Program-made: the position numbers and the translations under genes | Assembly: GCA_021734105.1 (NCBI GenBank) | Contig: JAIPJP010000003.1 | Coordinates: 1 to 59,104, forward strand | From: Candidatus Woesearchaeota archaeon | GTDB lineage: Archaea > Nanobdellota > Nanobdellia > Woesearchaeales > SKGA01 | Direction of reading: 5' to 3' | DNA: 59,104 bases | The notes under the pieces: generated by a model | The model's database searches: none | What the model saw: the letters and a program-made list of their open reading frames with translations, nothing else | What the model was told of the DNA's origin: nothing | In this document: positions 8,909-19,687 of the stretch, in pieces | Layout: each line of letters starts with the position of its first letter | Numbering within the stretch: position 1 is the first letter of the stretch

Positions 8909-8933
8909 TCGCCGGGCTCACCATCATCCTATT
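8909..8933 (+). repeat. 25-nt perfect copy of the tRNA-Arg 3' end plus 10 nt of flank
   Basis: tcgccgggctcaccatcatcctatt occurs at 8832-8856 and 8909-8933. Confidence 0.85.
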
Positions 8934-9009
8934 TCTACTAGTTAGGTTTTCAGCGTTCTGTTTTCCACAACACCTGAAAATGGTAGAAATCATGTTCTTA
9001 ACAAGAACG

Positions 9010-10947
9010 TTACTCTTTTTCTAAGCGCTGTTGTAGTTGCTTAAGTTTTACTCGAAGCTCAATTGCTAATTCGAAATCAAGCTGGTCAGCTGCACGCTTC
9101 ATGTCAGCTTCAATTTGAGCCATGAGCTCGGGCAGTTGCGCTTTAGGAATGTGCTTGGTGTCTTTAACAATTGTTGTTTGTTCACGAATTGGTTTAATAA
9201 TAGTTTTAGGAACGATGTTATGTTTTTTATTGAATCTAAGTTGTATAGAGCGACGACGATTAGTTTCGTGAATTGCTGCCTTCATAGAATCAGTCATCTT
9301 ATCAGCATACAACACGACATGAGAATCAGCGTTTCTTGCCGCGCGACCAATGGTCTGAATAAGACTTCTTGCGTCGCGAAGAAAACCTTCTTTATCAGCG
9401 TCTAAAATACCAATGAACGCAACTTCTGGAATATCAAGACCTTCACGAAGAAGATTTATTCCTACTAACACATCAAACTCTCCAAGACGAAGTTGTCTTA
9501 AAATTTCAGTTCGCTCTAAGGTGTCAATTTCTGAATGAAGATAACGGGTTTTAATGCCTTCTTTAGCGAGGAATTCTGCGAGTTCCTCAGCAAGTTTTTT
9601 CGTTAAAGTAGTTACTAATGCTCTGAAGCCTCGTTTGATTGTTTTTTGAATTTCATCTTTAAGGTCGTGAATTTGTCCTTCAATAGGTCGGACTTCAACA
9701 ATTGGATCGACTAAACCTGTTGGTCTGATGATTTGCTCAACAATTTGTTGTGATTGTTTTTTTTCATATTCACTAGGGGTTGCAGAAAGGAAGATTGTTG
9801 TTCTCTTTTTGAGATATTTTTCTGTTTCATCAAAACGTAAAGGCCTGTTGTCGTATGCACTTGGAAGTCGGAAACCGTATTGAATTAAGTTTCTCTTTCT
9901 TGCACGGTCACCATTTGCCATAGCATGAAGCTGAGGAATAGTCTGATGGCTTTCATCAATAATGATAATGGAATCATCAGGGAAATAATCTAATAAGGAG
10001 AATGGTTGCTCGCCAGGTTTTCTTCCGTCCATGTGGCGCGAATAGTTTTCAATGCCTTTGCAAAAACCAGTTTCTTGAATCATTTCTAAATCATACATGG
10101 TTCGTTGTTTAAGGCGATGTTCTTCTAAAGGCTCCAGTTCAGGCAATGTTTCATCAAGTTCATCTTTAATCGAAATCATTGCTTTTTTGAGTTTATCATC
10201 TGGTGTGACAAAATGTTTTGCAGGATAGACAAAATAATAGTCTACTGTTGTAATAGTATCACTTGTTGTGTTTTCAAGTTCTGCTATACGTTCTATTTCA
10301 TCACCAAACATTTCAATACGCATGACATTGACATGCGAGCCTGGAACAAAATCAATCGTATCACCTTTCACTCGGAAACGTCCTGGAGCAAGTTCTGTGT
10401 CATTTCTTTCGTATTGTGCGTTGACAAATTTTTCAATTAATTGTTTTCTTGAAAGTTGTTCTCCTTTCTTTACTTCAAAACCCATTAAGTGAAAATCTTC
10501 AGGATTACCTACGTTGTAAATTGCGGAAACTGATGCGATGACAATTGTATCATTTCTTGAGAGAAGAGATGCAGTTGCCGCCATACGCATACGCTCAATT
10601 TGTGGATTAATCTGCGCATCTTTTTCGATGTATTGATCTTTAGAAGGAATGTAACTTTCTGGTTGATAATAATCATAATAGGAGATAAAAAATTCCACTC
10701 GATTCTCTGGAAAGAAATCTTTAAACTCTTGATAAAGCTGTTGTGCGAGCGTCTTGTTATGGGCGATGACGAGAACTGGTTTGTTTGCCTTTGCGATGAC
10801 ATTAGCCATAGTGAAGGTTTTACCGCTTCCAGTGACACCAAGGAGGGTTTGTGTGGAATGAGGTTTTTTCATGCCAGAAACTAGGTCAGCGATTGCATCC
10901 TCCTGAGAGCCCTTAGGCTTGAAGTCTGAAACGAGCTTAAAATCCAT
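9010..10947 (-). CDS. uvrB: Excinuclease ABC subunit B
   Basis: Motifs seen are GVTGSGKTFT, the helicase motifs DESH and QTIGRAARN, and a C-terminal UVR domain. Confidence 0.97.
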   Translation of the reverse strand: MDFKLVSDFKPKGSQEDAIADLVSGMKKPHSTQTLLGVTGSGKTFTMANVIAKANKPVLVIAHNKTLAQQLYQEFKDFFPENRVEFFISYYDYYQPESYIPSKDQYIEKDAQINPQIERMRMAATASLLSRNDTIVIASVSAIYNVGNPEDFHLMGFEVKKGEQLSRKQLIEKFVNAQYERNDTELAPGRFRVKGDTIDFVPGSHVNVMRIEMFGDEIERIAELENTTSDTITTVDYYFVYPAKHFVTPDDKLKKAMISIKDELDETLPELEPLEEHRLKQRTMYDLEMIQETGFCKGIENYSRHMDGRKPGEQPFSLLDYFPDDSIIIIDESHQTIPQLHAMANGDRARKRNLIQYGFRLPSAYDNRPLRFDETEKYLKKRTTIFLSATPSEYEKKQSQQIVEQIIRPTGLVDPIVEVRPIEGQIHDLKDEIQKTIKRGFRALVTTLTKKLAEELAEFLAKEGIKTRYLHSEIDTLERTEILRQLRLGEFDVLVGINLLREGLDIPEVAFIGILDADKEGFLRDARSLIQTIGRAARNADSHVVLYADKMTDSMKAAIHETNRRRSIQLRFNKKHNIVPKTIIKPIREQTTIVKDTKHIPKAQLPELMAQIEADMKRAADQLDFELAIELRVKLKQLQQRLEKE

Positions 10948-10997
10948 GGCTAATGGTGGGAAGAAGGAGCTTATAAGGATTGTGGAGGTGTGTCCAG

Positions 10998-11249
10998 TTA
11001 TTTTTTGTAAATCCTACTTCGATGACCAACTTCAAGCACAAGAATGATGAGTTTGTTGTCGACAATATCTGCGATGACTCGGTAATCACCAACTCGTAAT
11101 TTATACTCCGGACGATTTGTTAGTTTGATGAAATAACGATGAGGATTTTCTTTTGTTTCCTCTAACTTCTTGAAAATTCTTTGACTAGCAGAGCGAGGGA
11201 GTTTGTTTAAAACATCTCCTGCGTTTTTACCATAAGATAATATATACAT
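10998..11249 (-). CDS. relE: RelE/ParE-family type II toxin
   Basis: 83 aa protein. YKLRVGDYRVIADI..LIILVLEVGHRSRIYK is the typical RelE core. Confidence 0.8.
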   Translation of the reverse strand: MYILSYGKNAGDVLNKLPRSASQRIFKKLEETKENPHRYFIKLTNRPEYKLRVGDYRVIADIVDNKLIILVLEVGHRSRIYKK

Positions 11250-11255
11250 TTGAAT

Positions 11256-11495
11256 TTACAAACCTAAACGTTTTCTTACTTCTTCTTCAGTATAATATTC
11301 GCCTCGTTTGTAGCGTTCTCTTGCGGCTTGAATATTGCGAATTGTTTCTTCACTTAATTCAGGTTCATCTTCAACATGTTTTGCAATGAAAACTAATTTG
11401 TTAATAACCTCATCATAACTTTCGTTCTTGTATTCTCTGAATGTGTCAAGTTTTGATTTAGTTTCAGGTTGCAATTTAATCGTTGTCGCCGTCAT
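11256..11495 (-). CDS. Cognate antitoxin (archaeal RelB/VapB-like)
   Basis: 79 aa, ending 6 nt upstream of the toxin. The N-terminal TIKLQPETKSKLD..SYDEVINKL pattern is common in archaeal antitoxins. Confidence 0.6.
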   Translation of the reverse strand: MTATTIKLQPETKSKLDTFREYKNESYDEVINKLVFIAKHVEDEPELSEETIRNIQAARERYKRGEYYTEEEVRKRLGL

Positions 11496-11606
11496 AAGTA
11501 TACCGAGGTATACCGAAGTATATAAGTGTTTCTACATCCTTTAAAAAAAGTTGTATGAAAAGAAATGAGAATTGGTTTGTTAAAAGCGCTACGTGGGCTT
11601 GACCAG

Positions 11607-13154
11607 TTATTTGAATAAAGATTTCTTTCTTAATAGTCTGTTGTAGGTGATAGCGAAGCGATGCGCTTCGTCTCTAATGTTTTGCAAGAGTTGTAAACCT
11701 TTGTTTGATTTACTAAGTCGTAAAGGTTTTTCCGCCCCTGGAATGTAGATTTCTTCGTGTTTCTTTGCAAGACCAATGATAGGAATTTTGATATCTAGAT
11801 GTTTTAAGGCTTCCAGTGAAGCTGAGAGTTGGCCCGCTCCACCGTCGATAATAATAAGGTCAGGGAAAGGTTGGCGTTCTTCTTTGAGTCGCTTGTATCT
11901 GCGCGTGACAACTTCAGCCATAGCAGCGAAATCATCGTTTCTATCAAGTTTAATTTTGAAGCGACGATAATTATCTTTGAAGGGTTTACCGTTTCTAAAT
12001 TGCACCATAGAAGCAACAGTTGACGTTCCTGAAAGGTGCGAGATATCAAAACACTCCATAACAGCTGGTTGCTGGGAGAGGTTTAATGCTTTTTGTAATC
12101 CAGCTAATTTTTCATTACTTGCAAAGAATTGTGCTGTAATATTGGTTTTGACAAGGTCAAGTAATTGTTTCTTAGAACCACGCTCGGGCTTAGTGAACGT
12201 AGTTTTTGAAAAAAATGATTGTAGTACATCACTCACTTTGATTGGCAAGATAACTTCTTTAGGAATTTTATTAGTTTCATAAAACTGCATAAGAAATTGT
12301 TCTAAGAAGTTTTCAGTCTCAGGAAAAACAAACTCTTGTTTGTTGTGTAATATTCCTTGTTTAATGTTAAAGAGGAAGAGATATACCTGATCATCATCAA
12401 TGATGTAATTAATAATATCTTCATCAAAGCGTTTGTCACGCTCCATGTTCTGGCGTTCTTGTAACCAATCAATAGCTGCAATTTGATTTCTTAATAATAA
12501 TGCAGTTTCATAGTTTTGTGTTGCTGCTGCAGACTGCATTTCTGTTGAGAGTTGTTTGGAAAGTTCTTTGGTTTTACCTCTTAACACCATTGCAGCCTTG
12601 TTGAGTTGTTGTTGATACTGCGCTTTGGAAACTTTGTTGACACACGGCGCTGTGCAAAGTCCTAAATGATAACGTAAACAAGGACGTTTTGGTAACGTCT
12701 TGCAGGTTCTGAGTTGGAAAGAGTTGTTGAGAGTTTTTAGAATTTCATCACGAATTTGGCCAGAGACGAATGGTCCGAAGAATTTTCCTTTAGAAGTTTT
12801 TTGTCTAGCAAGAATGAGACGAGGAACAGATTCAGCAGTGAGTTTGATGTATGCGTAACGCTTAGCGTCTTTGAGGTTGATATTGTATTTAGGTTGATGT
12901 TTTTTGATAAGATTATTTTCCAGAATTAAAGCCTCATCCTCGGTTTTAGTTACAATGAAGTCAATGAGTTTAATTCTTCCCACAAGAGCCTGCGTCTTAG
13001 GGTCGTGGTCTTTTTTTTGGAAATAATTGCTCACTCGCTTCTTAAGATGCTTAGCCTTACCCACATAGAGGATGATGTCCTTGCCATCTTTGAATAAGTA
13101 ACAGCCAGGAAGGGCAGGAAGCGAGGAGAGGTCAATAGCAGTCTCTGAAGCCAT
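11607..13154 (-). CDS. uvrC: Excinuclease ABC subunit C
   Basis: An N-terminal GIY-YIG domain (PGCYLFKD..ILYVGKAK), a UVR domain, and a C-terminal endonuclease V-like region with FDISH. Confidence 0.95.
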   Translation of the reverse strand: MASETAIDLSSLPALPGCYLFKDGKDIILYVGKAKHLKKRVSNYFQKKDHDPKTQALVGRIKLIDFIVTKTEDEALILENNLIKKHQPKYNINLKDAKRYAYIKLTAESVPRLILARQKTSKGKFFGPFVSGQIRDEILKTLNNSFQLRTCKTLPKRPCLRYHLGLCTAPCVNKVSKAQYQQQLNKAAMVLRGKTKELSKQLSTEMQSAAATQNYETALLLRNQIAAIDWLQERQNMERDKRFDEDIINYIIDDDQVYLFLFNIKQGILHNKQEFVFPETENFLEQFLMQFYETNKIPKEVILPIKVSDVLQSFFSKTTFTKPERGSKKQLLDLVKTNITAQFFASNEKLAGLQKALNLSQQPAVMECFDISHLSGTSTVASMVQFRNGKPFKDNYRRFKIKLDRNDDFAAMAEVVTRRYKRLKEERQPFPDLIIIDGGAGQLSASLEALKHLDIKIPIIGLAKKHEEIYIPGAEKPLRLSKSNKGLQLLQNIRDEAHRFAITYNRLLRKKSLFK

Positions 13155-13214
13155 TTAAAAAGGTAAATCCTTAAGGGATTTAAAGGTTGTGGGAAAAAAC
13201 TAAGATGAAGGAGA

Positions 13215-14213
13215 TCATTTGAAATGCTGCGTGATAAAATCAGCTAAATGAATAATATCTTGTTGCATAGCCTCTAGCGACACACCTTTAGGAAATAAAT
13301 TTAACGAATCACGTTCACCAGATTGACTGGGCATAGTTAAATGAAAGGAGAAACCTTTACGATGCAATGCTTTTTTAACCAAAGGAAAAACTTTGCGAAT
13401 ATCATCATGATGAATTTTCCCCTGATGAGGGAACAACACCACAGCCCACACATCTTGAGTGCCAATTTCTAATGCAAAACCATTCTCACCTACAAGATGC
13501 TTGCAGATCTGCCCAACGTAATCAATCTCATGCTTTGAAAATTCAGACCTATCTTTTTTTGTAATTCCGACTGTAGACATAAATGAAGAAGAACCTACAA
13601 GTCTTTCAAAATACCAGTTAATAACATTTTGTTCATTATAACTACGTATGACGGAAACTAATTTTTTCAATTGAGAAGATTCTTTAATTCTCACCCAAGG
13701 ATAAGGATTACCATGATCAGCATGACCTTGACAAGATTGCTCTGTTTTAAAACCAAAATAAGAAAGCGTTGCAACAAGCGGCTTAATTAACGGATCAACA
13801 CCATGCCCTAAGGCATCGCCAATTCTATCAATGTGGACATCACGTTTATCCAATTCTTTTTTTAAACGATGATACGTTTTAACTTTTTGAAGAAGTTCAT
13901 GAGATTCTAAAGCTTTTATTCGTTCAAGGAGCACTAAAACTTTTTCAAACGATCCTTTTTCCACATCCAATAATGCTTCTTGTGCTAACACCTGTAATTG
14001 TTTGCATTCTAAATATAACTCAGTAGAACCAGTTTCTTTTTTTATTGCAAGAAGTTCCTTTCGTTCAAATTTTAAAATGAGCTGCAACAATCGTTTTGTT
14101 TGAGCAACGTTCGTTTGTTGAATTTCCTGTTCGGCACGCTTTACTAAACGAATAATCTGCACAATATAATCCATTGATGATTTAGAGAACAGACCCATAA
14201 GAACAATGTTCAA
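13215..14213 (-). CDS. Hypothetical protein embedded in the uvr cluster
   Basis: Long ORF with a coiled-coil N-terminal half and a C-terminal half containing SCQGHADHGNPYPW. No family recognised. Confidence 0.5.
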   Translation of the reverse strand: MNIVLMGLFSKSSMDYIVQIIRLVKRAEQEIQQTNVAQTKRLLQLILKFERKELLAIKKETGSTELYLECKQLQVLAQEALLDVEKGSFEKVLVLLERIKALESHELLQKVKTYHRLKKELDKRDVHIDRIGDALGHGVDPLIKPLVATLSYFGFKTEQSCQGHADHGNPYPWVRIKESSQLKKLVSVIRSYNEQNVINWYFERLVGSSSFMSTVGITKKDRSEFSKHEIDYVGQICKHLVGENGFALEIGTQDVWAVVLFPHQGKIHHDDIRKVFPLVKKALHRKGFSFHLTMPSQSGERDSLNLFPKGVSLEAMQQDIIHLADFITQHFK

Positions 14214-14231
14214 ATTCGAACTATTTAAAAC

Positions 14232-17030
14232 TTACAATAATTTCTTTAAGAACTGGCCGGTGAAACTCTTTTTTTCTTTTGCGACCTCTTCAGGTGTACC
14301 CTCTGCAACAATTTCCCCGCCAGCATCACCGCCATGCGGACCAAGGTCAATAACATAATCAGCCGATTTAATCACATCAAGATTATGCTCAATCACAATA
14401 ATCGTATTGCCTTTTGCAACCAAACTATCTAGCACACTAATAAGCTTTCTTGTATCGTGAAAATGCAAACCAGTTGTTGGTTCGTCAAGCAAATAAATAG
14501 TGTTTCCTGTTCCACGCTTAGCCAGCTCACGCGTTAATTTAATTCGCTGCGCTTCACCACCAGAAAGCGTGTTTGAACCCTGACCAAGTTTAATATAACC
14601 AAGACCAACATCTTGAAGCGTTGCAAGTTTATTCATCACAATAGGCACGTTAACAAACACAACAGCAGCCTCATCAACCGTCATATCTAAGACTTCTGCA
14701 ACTGTTTTTCCTTTGTAATGCACCTCTAAAGTTTCTTTATTATACCTTGTTCCCTTACACTCCTCGCACTCAACAAATACGTCAGGTAAGAAATTCATTT
14801 CAATTTTAATCTCGCCATCACCTTGACAATGCTCGCACCTTCCACCCTTCACATTAAACGAGAAACGTCCAGGCTTATACCCGCGAACTTTCGCTTCTTT
14901 AGTATCAGCAAAGAGTTGACGAATAGGATCAAAGAGTTTTGTGTACGTTGCAGGATTACTGCGAGGCGTTCTTCCAATAGGTGATTGGTCAATTTCAATT
15001 ACTTTATCAACATCCTTATCAAACTTTATTGATTTATGCGCGCCAATATTTTTTTTCGAATGATAAATTTTCTTCATGAGTGCCGGATACAAAATATTAC
15101 CAATTAATGTCGACTTTCCACTACCAGAAACACCAGTAATAGTAGTTAAAACACCAAGCGGAATTTTCACATCAATATTTTTTAGATTGTGCTCAGTACA
15201 CCCAAAAACATGCACAAACGATTCACTTACGCGTCTTTTAGTTGGCGTTGGAATAGAAAGTTTTCCTGAAAGGTATTTCCCTGTTAAAGATTGAGGATTT
15301 TTTTCAATTTGCTTTGGCGTACCTTCGGCAATAATTTTTCCACCCTGAGCGCCAGCACCAGGACCTAAGTCAACCACGTAATCAGCAGCACGGATAGTAT
15401 CTTCATCATGCTCAACAACAATGAGGGTGTTTCCAATATCACGCAGACGCTTAAGCGTATCAATTAATTTTTTATTATCTTTTTGATGCAAACCAATAGA
15501 GGGCTCATCAAGAATGTATAAGACACCCGTAAGATTAGAACCAATTTGCGTTGCTAAACGAATACGCTGCGCTTCACCACCAGAAAGCGTTCCCGCGCTT
15601 CTTGATAACGTTAGATACCCCAAACCAACACGCTTCAGAAACGTTAATCGTTCACGAATTTCTTTAAGAATTTGTTTAGAAATTTCTTTATCTTTTTCTG
15701 AAAGTTTAAGACTTTCAAAAAATTCTAGCGCGTCATAGATTGAAAAGTCAGTTGTTTGAATAATATTTTTTTCAGCAATACGCACCGACAATGCCTTGCT
15801 ATTAAGCCGCTTTCCCTTGCACACCGGACAAGGAGAAACTTCCATAAATTTTTCGAGTTCACGACGACGATAATCAGACTCTGTTTGTTGATACAGCCTA
15901 TCACATTGCGGAACAAGCCCTTCCCACATACCATGATGTGACCAGTTTGCTTCACCGCCTTTCATACTCATCTTAAAATGAATGTTCTCGCCAGAACCAT
16001 ACATGAGCGCGTCATATTGTTCTTCTGTTAAATCCTCTATAGGAGTAAATACATCAAAACCAAAATGTTTAGCAACAGCAGCTAAGTGTTGACCACGCCA
16101 GCCATCAACAGCGTTACGATATACAGCAATTGCACCATCAACAATAGATAATGAAGGATCAGGAATCATGAGCGTTGGCTCAAACTCCATTTGCACACCT
16201 AAACCTGAACAAGACTCACACGCGCCAAACGGACTGTTAAATGAAAACATCCGTGGTTGTAATTCTGGAAAACTTAAGCCACACGTAGGGCACGCATGTT
16301 GTGAAGATAGGAGTTTTTCTTTATTTTTACTATTAATAACAAGTAATAAGCCACCGCTTTTTGCAAGTCCTTGCTCAACGGCATCAGCAAGACGAGTTGC
16401 ATCGCTCGCTTCAAGTCTATCAATCACCACCTCGATATCATGTTTTTTGTATCTATCCAGTTCAAACTTTGCATCACTTCGTTGCAATTTCCCATTAATA
16501 CGAACACGCGCATATCCTTCTTGATGTAGGTCGGCAACAAGTTTTTGGTATGTTCCTTTTTTCTGGCGAACAATTGGTGATAAAATAGTAATTTGTTCTT
16601 TGTAGTTTTTAGTAATATCTTTAGTGATTTGCTCAGCAGTACGACCTTTAATAGGAATATCATGGACCGGACAATGCGGCGTTCCCACACGAGCAAAGAG
16701 TAAACGCAAATAATCATAGATTTCAGTGACCGTACCTACTGTACTTCGCGGATTCTTACTTGTTGTTTTTTGCTCAATAGAAATTGCCGGACTGAGTCCT
16801 TCAATACTATCCACATCGGGCTTATTCATTAAACCAAGAAATTGCCTTGCGTACGCCGAGAGCGATTCCACATAACGCCTTTGTCCTTCAGCATAAAGCG
16901 TGTCAAAGGCCAATGAAGACTTCCCACTACCCGAAAGACCAGTTATTACTACCAATTTATCACGAGGAAGCGTTACTGAAACATTCTGCAGATTGTGCTC
17001 TCGAGCACCCTTGACAACAATATCTTTCAT
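14232..17030 (-). CDS. uvrA: Excinuclease ABC subunit A
   Basis: Two ABC modules ([20 protein letters not shown], two LSGGE signatures) and Zn-finger Cys pairs. The start is set at [14 protein letters not shown] (ATG at 17030), not the upstream in-frame Met at 17087. Confidence 0.97.
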   Translation of the reverse strand: MKDIVVKGAREHNLQNVSVTLPRDKLVVITGLSGSGKSSLAFDTLYAEGQRRYVESLSAYARQFLGLMNKPDVDSIEGLSPAISIEQKTTSKNPRSTVGTVTEIYDYLRLLFARVGTPHCPVHDIPIKGRTAEQITKDITKNYKEQITILSPIVRQKKGTYQKLVADLHQEGYARVRINGKLQRSDAKFELDRYKKHDIEVVIDRLEASDATRLADAVEQGLAKSGGLLLVINSKNKEKLLSSQHACPTCGLSFPELQPRMFSFNSPFGACESCSGLGVQMEFEPTLMIPDPSLSIVDGAIAVYRNAVDGWRGQHLAAVAKHFGFDVFTPIEDLTEEQYDALMYGSGENIHFKMSMKGGEANWSHHGMWEGLVPQCDRLYQQTESDYRRRELEKFMEVSPCPVCKGKRLNSKALSVRIAEKNIIQTTDFSIYDALEFFESLKLSEKDKEISKQILKEIRERLTFLKRVGLGYLTLSRSAGTLSGGEAQRIRLATQIGSNLTGVLYILDEPSIGLHQKDNKKLIDTLKRLRDIGNTLIVVEHDEDTIRAADYVVDLGPGAGAQGGKIIAEGTPKQIEKNPQSLTGKYLSGKLSIPTPTKRRVSESFVHVFGCTEHNLKNIDVKIPLGVLTTITGVSGSGKSTLIGNILYPALMKKIYHSKKNIGAHKSIKFDKDVDKVIEIDQSPIGRTPRSNPATYTKLFDPIRQLFADTKEAKVRGYKPGRFSFNVKGGRCEHCQGDGEIKIEMNFLPDVFVECEECKGTRYNKETLEVHYKGKTVAEVLDMTVDEAAVVFVNVPIVMNKLATLQDVGLGYIKLGQGSNTLSGGEAQRIKLTRELAKRGTGNTIYLLDEPTTGLHFHDTRKLISVLDSLVAKGNTIIVIEHNLDVIKSADYVIDLGPHGGDAGGEIVAEGTPEEVAKEKKSFTGQFLKKLL

Positions 17031-17086
17031 ACCCTGATGGAAAAGAGGTGTTTTTATATAGTTTATGAAGGCACCTGTCCAGTGCA

Positions 17087-17419
17087 ATGAAGAAAGAAGA
17101 ACAAAAAAAAGAGCATACTGTAAAGGAAATTCCTTGCCACATCAAACATCCAAACCACATCAAAGGGTTTACTGGAAGTATTGATGAGCTCGCATACGCC
17201 ATCGGTAACACGACATATGATGTGAGTGTGGACGTTTTAGGAAAGCTTGCAGATGACTACACGCGACAAGCAGATGCCGATAAAGCAAGAGGGCGAGTGC
17301 AACTTGCAACACAATTATACAAAACAGCTGAAAAGCTGTATGAAGCACGAGATGCCATGCAACAGGCATGGAATATCTGCAAACCATACATGCAAGTAAA
17401 AAAAGAACAAAAACAATAG
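17087..17419 (+). CDS. Small hypothetical protein
   Basis: 110-aa ORF divergent from uvrA. No recognisable motif. Confidence 0.35.
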   Translation: MKKEEQKKEHTVKEIPCHIKHPNHIKGFTGSIDELAYAIGNTTYDVSVDVLGKLADDYTRQADADKARGRVQLATQLYKTAEKLYEARDAMQQAWNICKPYMQVKKEQKQ

Positions 17420-17540
17420 GCTTTGTTCTAAAAGGAATACTATTGTATACTGCGAAGCACTATTCTTGCTACGCTTCAAAATTTTTATCGACAAACAAGT
17501 TTATTTTACGCATAAGCATAAAATTTGTTTGCCTTTACAT

Positions 17541-17552
17541 TACTTCAAGGCA
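17541..17552 (+). promoter_or_regulatory. Copy 2 of TACTTCAAGGCA, 46 nt upstream of the TATA box at 17597-17606
   Basis: Identical 12-mer. TACTGCGAAG lies 93 nt upstream (17448-17457). Confidence 0.45.
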
Positions 17553-17596
17553 GTATACACAAAGTATTTTGAACAGAGCCCAAAAACAATAGAATT

Positions 17597-17606
17597 CTTT
17601 ATAAAG
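17597..17606 (+). promoter_or_regulatory. TATA box (CTTTATAAAG) for the permease-methyltransferase gene
   Basis: The box is centred about 27 nt upstream of the ATG at 17629. Confidence 0.45.
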
Positions 17607-17628
17607 AACAAGTATGAGCAAATAGTAT

Positions 17629-19632
17629 ATGGAAGAGGTAGGGGCGAGAGCAGGACAACCCGAAGTTACTGTAGCACAAGAAGAGGCAACAGACCAAACC
17701 ATTCCAAACGAGAAAGGAAAACTCGGCTTTCTCACGATTCTTCTTATCACTATTAACTCCATTATGGGAACAGGTATCTTCTTTTTACCTGCAGTAGGCG
17801 CTCGAGAAGGAGGACTCCTCTCCATATTCTCCTGGATTGTTATGGGTCTTGTTGCCATTTATTTTGGTATGATGTTTGCAGAACTCGTAGGACGATTTCC
17901 TAAAGAAGGAGGTGTCTATGAATACGCAAAGGAAGCATTCGGGCATTTCCCCAGTTTTCTTTTAGGTTGGATGAGCTTTATTGCAGCAAACGTCACCATC
18001 GCCATGCTTATTGTGGGCGCAATCAAATACATTGGGCCAGTTCTTCCTAACAGCTATCTTATCATTGCAAGCATCATATTTATCATCATGTTTAACTTCA
18101 TGGCATTTAAAGGTTTAAAGACTGGAGCTGTCATGCTTGTTGCATTTGCACTTATCACTCTTACTGCAGTCTTTGGCATTATGATTCCAGGACTCATTCA
18201 TTTTAACATAGATAATTTTTCAGGATTTTTTTCAGGAAGTTTTGCACCAGCAGATATTGCAACAGGAGGAATACTAGGGATGGGTATTGCAATATTTGTT
18301 GTTATTTTTTTTATTGCAGAAACATTTTTTGGATGGGAAACAGCAACGTTTCTTGCTGAAGAAGTAAAAAACCCTCGAAAAGTCATGCCTAAAGTTATGA
18401 AGCTTGCAACTGTACTTATCGCCATATTTTGTTTGCTTTTTGTTATCGCATCATTCTCACTTATTCCCTGGCAAACATTTGGTCAATCAATCACACCACT
18501 ATCAGATCTTGCAGCAACCGTATATGGTATACAAGCAGTACCTATTTATGGAATACTCGTTTATTTAGCAATCATAGGTAGCGTTGCAGGATGGATAGTT
18601 GCAACGCCAAATCTTATTTTAGCACTTGCAAAAGATAAACTTTTTTTAACACAACTTGCAAAAAAACATCCAAAAACAAACACACCCTACAAAGCAATTA
18701 TCTTTCAAACAATTCTTACAAGCATCTTAGTTATCCTTGGCGCTGGAAACTATGAAACACTTTTGCATCTTCTCGTGCCACTTGTATTAATCTTATATTC
18801 AAGCGTCGTACTTAGCCTCATATTTATCAGAAGAAAATATCCTCACACCGACACCTACAAAGCGCCCGGAGGAAAACTCGGACCAATACTCCTTATTTTG
18901 TTTGCGCTCGCACTTGTTGTTATGTGGATATTGCACACGCCAGGAGCAATGCACGCAACACTTATTATCTTTTCATTCATTTTTTTTGGAATACCAATCT
19001 ATTTACTCCTTATCTTTTATTATGATCCTGAGGCAACTATACGATTCCAAAATAAAACATCAATATTATCTTATCTGTTCGAAAGATTTTTTCTTCCAAA
19101 AAGAATACAAAGAAAATTTCTAGAAAACACTCAAATCAGAGGAAGAAAAATATTAGAACTAGGTGCAAGTAGTGGACTTATAAGTAAAGCAATAGCTAAA
19201 CAAGATCCTGCTGAACAAATTATTATTGAACAATCAGAAGCATTAACAAAGTTTATCAAAAAAAGATTAAAACATGCACACAATGTAAGATGCATTTATG
19301 ATGAACACTTAACAGCAAGAGTACACCCTGAAATAAAAGAAGTAAATGAAATATTTAGTTTTGGAATACTAACCAACTTACATAATGAAGAAATGTATCT
19401 TAAAGATCTAGGAGAACTACTACCTGAACATGGAAGAATACATATATTTGATTATGTAGACATGTATAAATTTATTCCAAATAAAGAAATTCTTAACGAT
19501 ATGAACAGACTTAGAGAATTATTTAGAAAAGCGGGATTTGCTATTAAAATAAGAAAAATCAAGGGCGCGTTATGGAATTATCTTATTATCGACGGTATTA
19601 AAACAAAAGAAGATGATGTTGTATTTATTTGA
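17629..19632 (+). CDS. APC-family amino acid/polyamine permease fused to a C-terminal class I SAM-dependent methyltransferase domain
   Basis: About 12 hydrophobic segments starting with INSIMGTGIFFLP. A soluble tail follows, with ILELGASSGL (motif I) and later GRIHIFDY. Confidence 0.8.
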   Translation: MEEVGARAGQPEVTVAQEEATDQTIPNEKGKLGFLTILLITINSIMGTGIFFLPAVGAREGGLLSIFSWIVMGLVAIYFGMMFAELVGRFPKEGGVYEYAKEAFGHFPSFLLGWMSFIAANVTIAMLIVGAIKYIGPVLPNSYLIIASIIFIIMFNFMAFKGLKTGAVMLVAFALITLTAVFGIMIPGLIHFNIDNFSGFFSGSFAPADIATGGILGMGIAIFVVIFFIAETFFGWETATFLAEEVKNPRKVMPKVMKLATVLIAIFCLLFVIASFSLIPWQTFGQSITPLSDLAATVYGIQAVPIYGILVYLAIIGSVAGWIVATPNLILALAKDKLFLTQLAKKHPKTNTPYKAIIFQTILTSILVILGAGNYETLLHLLVPLVLILYSSVVLSLIFIRRKYPHTDTYKAPGGKLGPILLILFALALVVMWILHTPGAMHATLIIFSFIFFGIPIYLLLIFYYDPEATIRFQNKTSILSYLFERFFLPKRIQRKFLENTQIRGRKILELGASSGLISKAIAKQDPAEQIIIEQSEALTKFIKKRLKHAHNVRCIYDEHLTARVHPEIKEVNEIFSFGILTNLHNEEMYLKDLGELLPEHGRIHIFDYVDMYKFIPNKEILNDMNRLRELFRKAGFAIKIRKIKGALWNYLIIDGIKTKEDDVVFI

Positions 19633-19687
19633 AACAAAACAAAAATGTAAACTAAAATTAATGCCAGACTGAAACTAATTCTTTTCA

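Noticed and set aside
17031-17087. N-terminal 19-codon extension of uvrA ([19 protein letters not shown]).
   Set aside because: UvrA proteins begin close to the (I/V)xxxGAxEHNL segment. The internal Met at 17030 gives the canonical N-terminus.
17368-17858. ORFs 17368..17592, 17466..17756 and 17535..17858 in the leader of the permease gene, and likewise 37259..37450.
   Set aside because: They overlap each other and the promoter/motif region. The translations look random. The regions are better explained as regulatory leaders.
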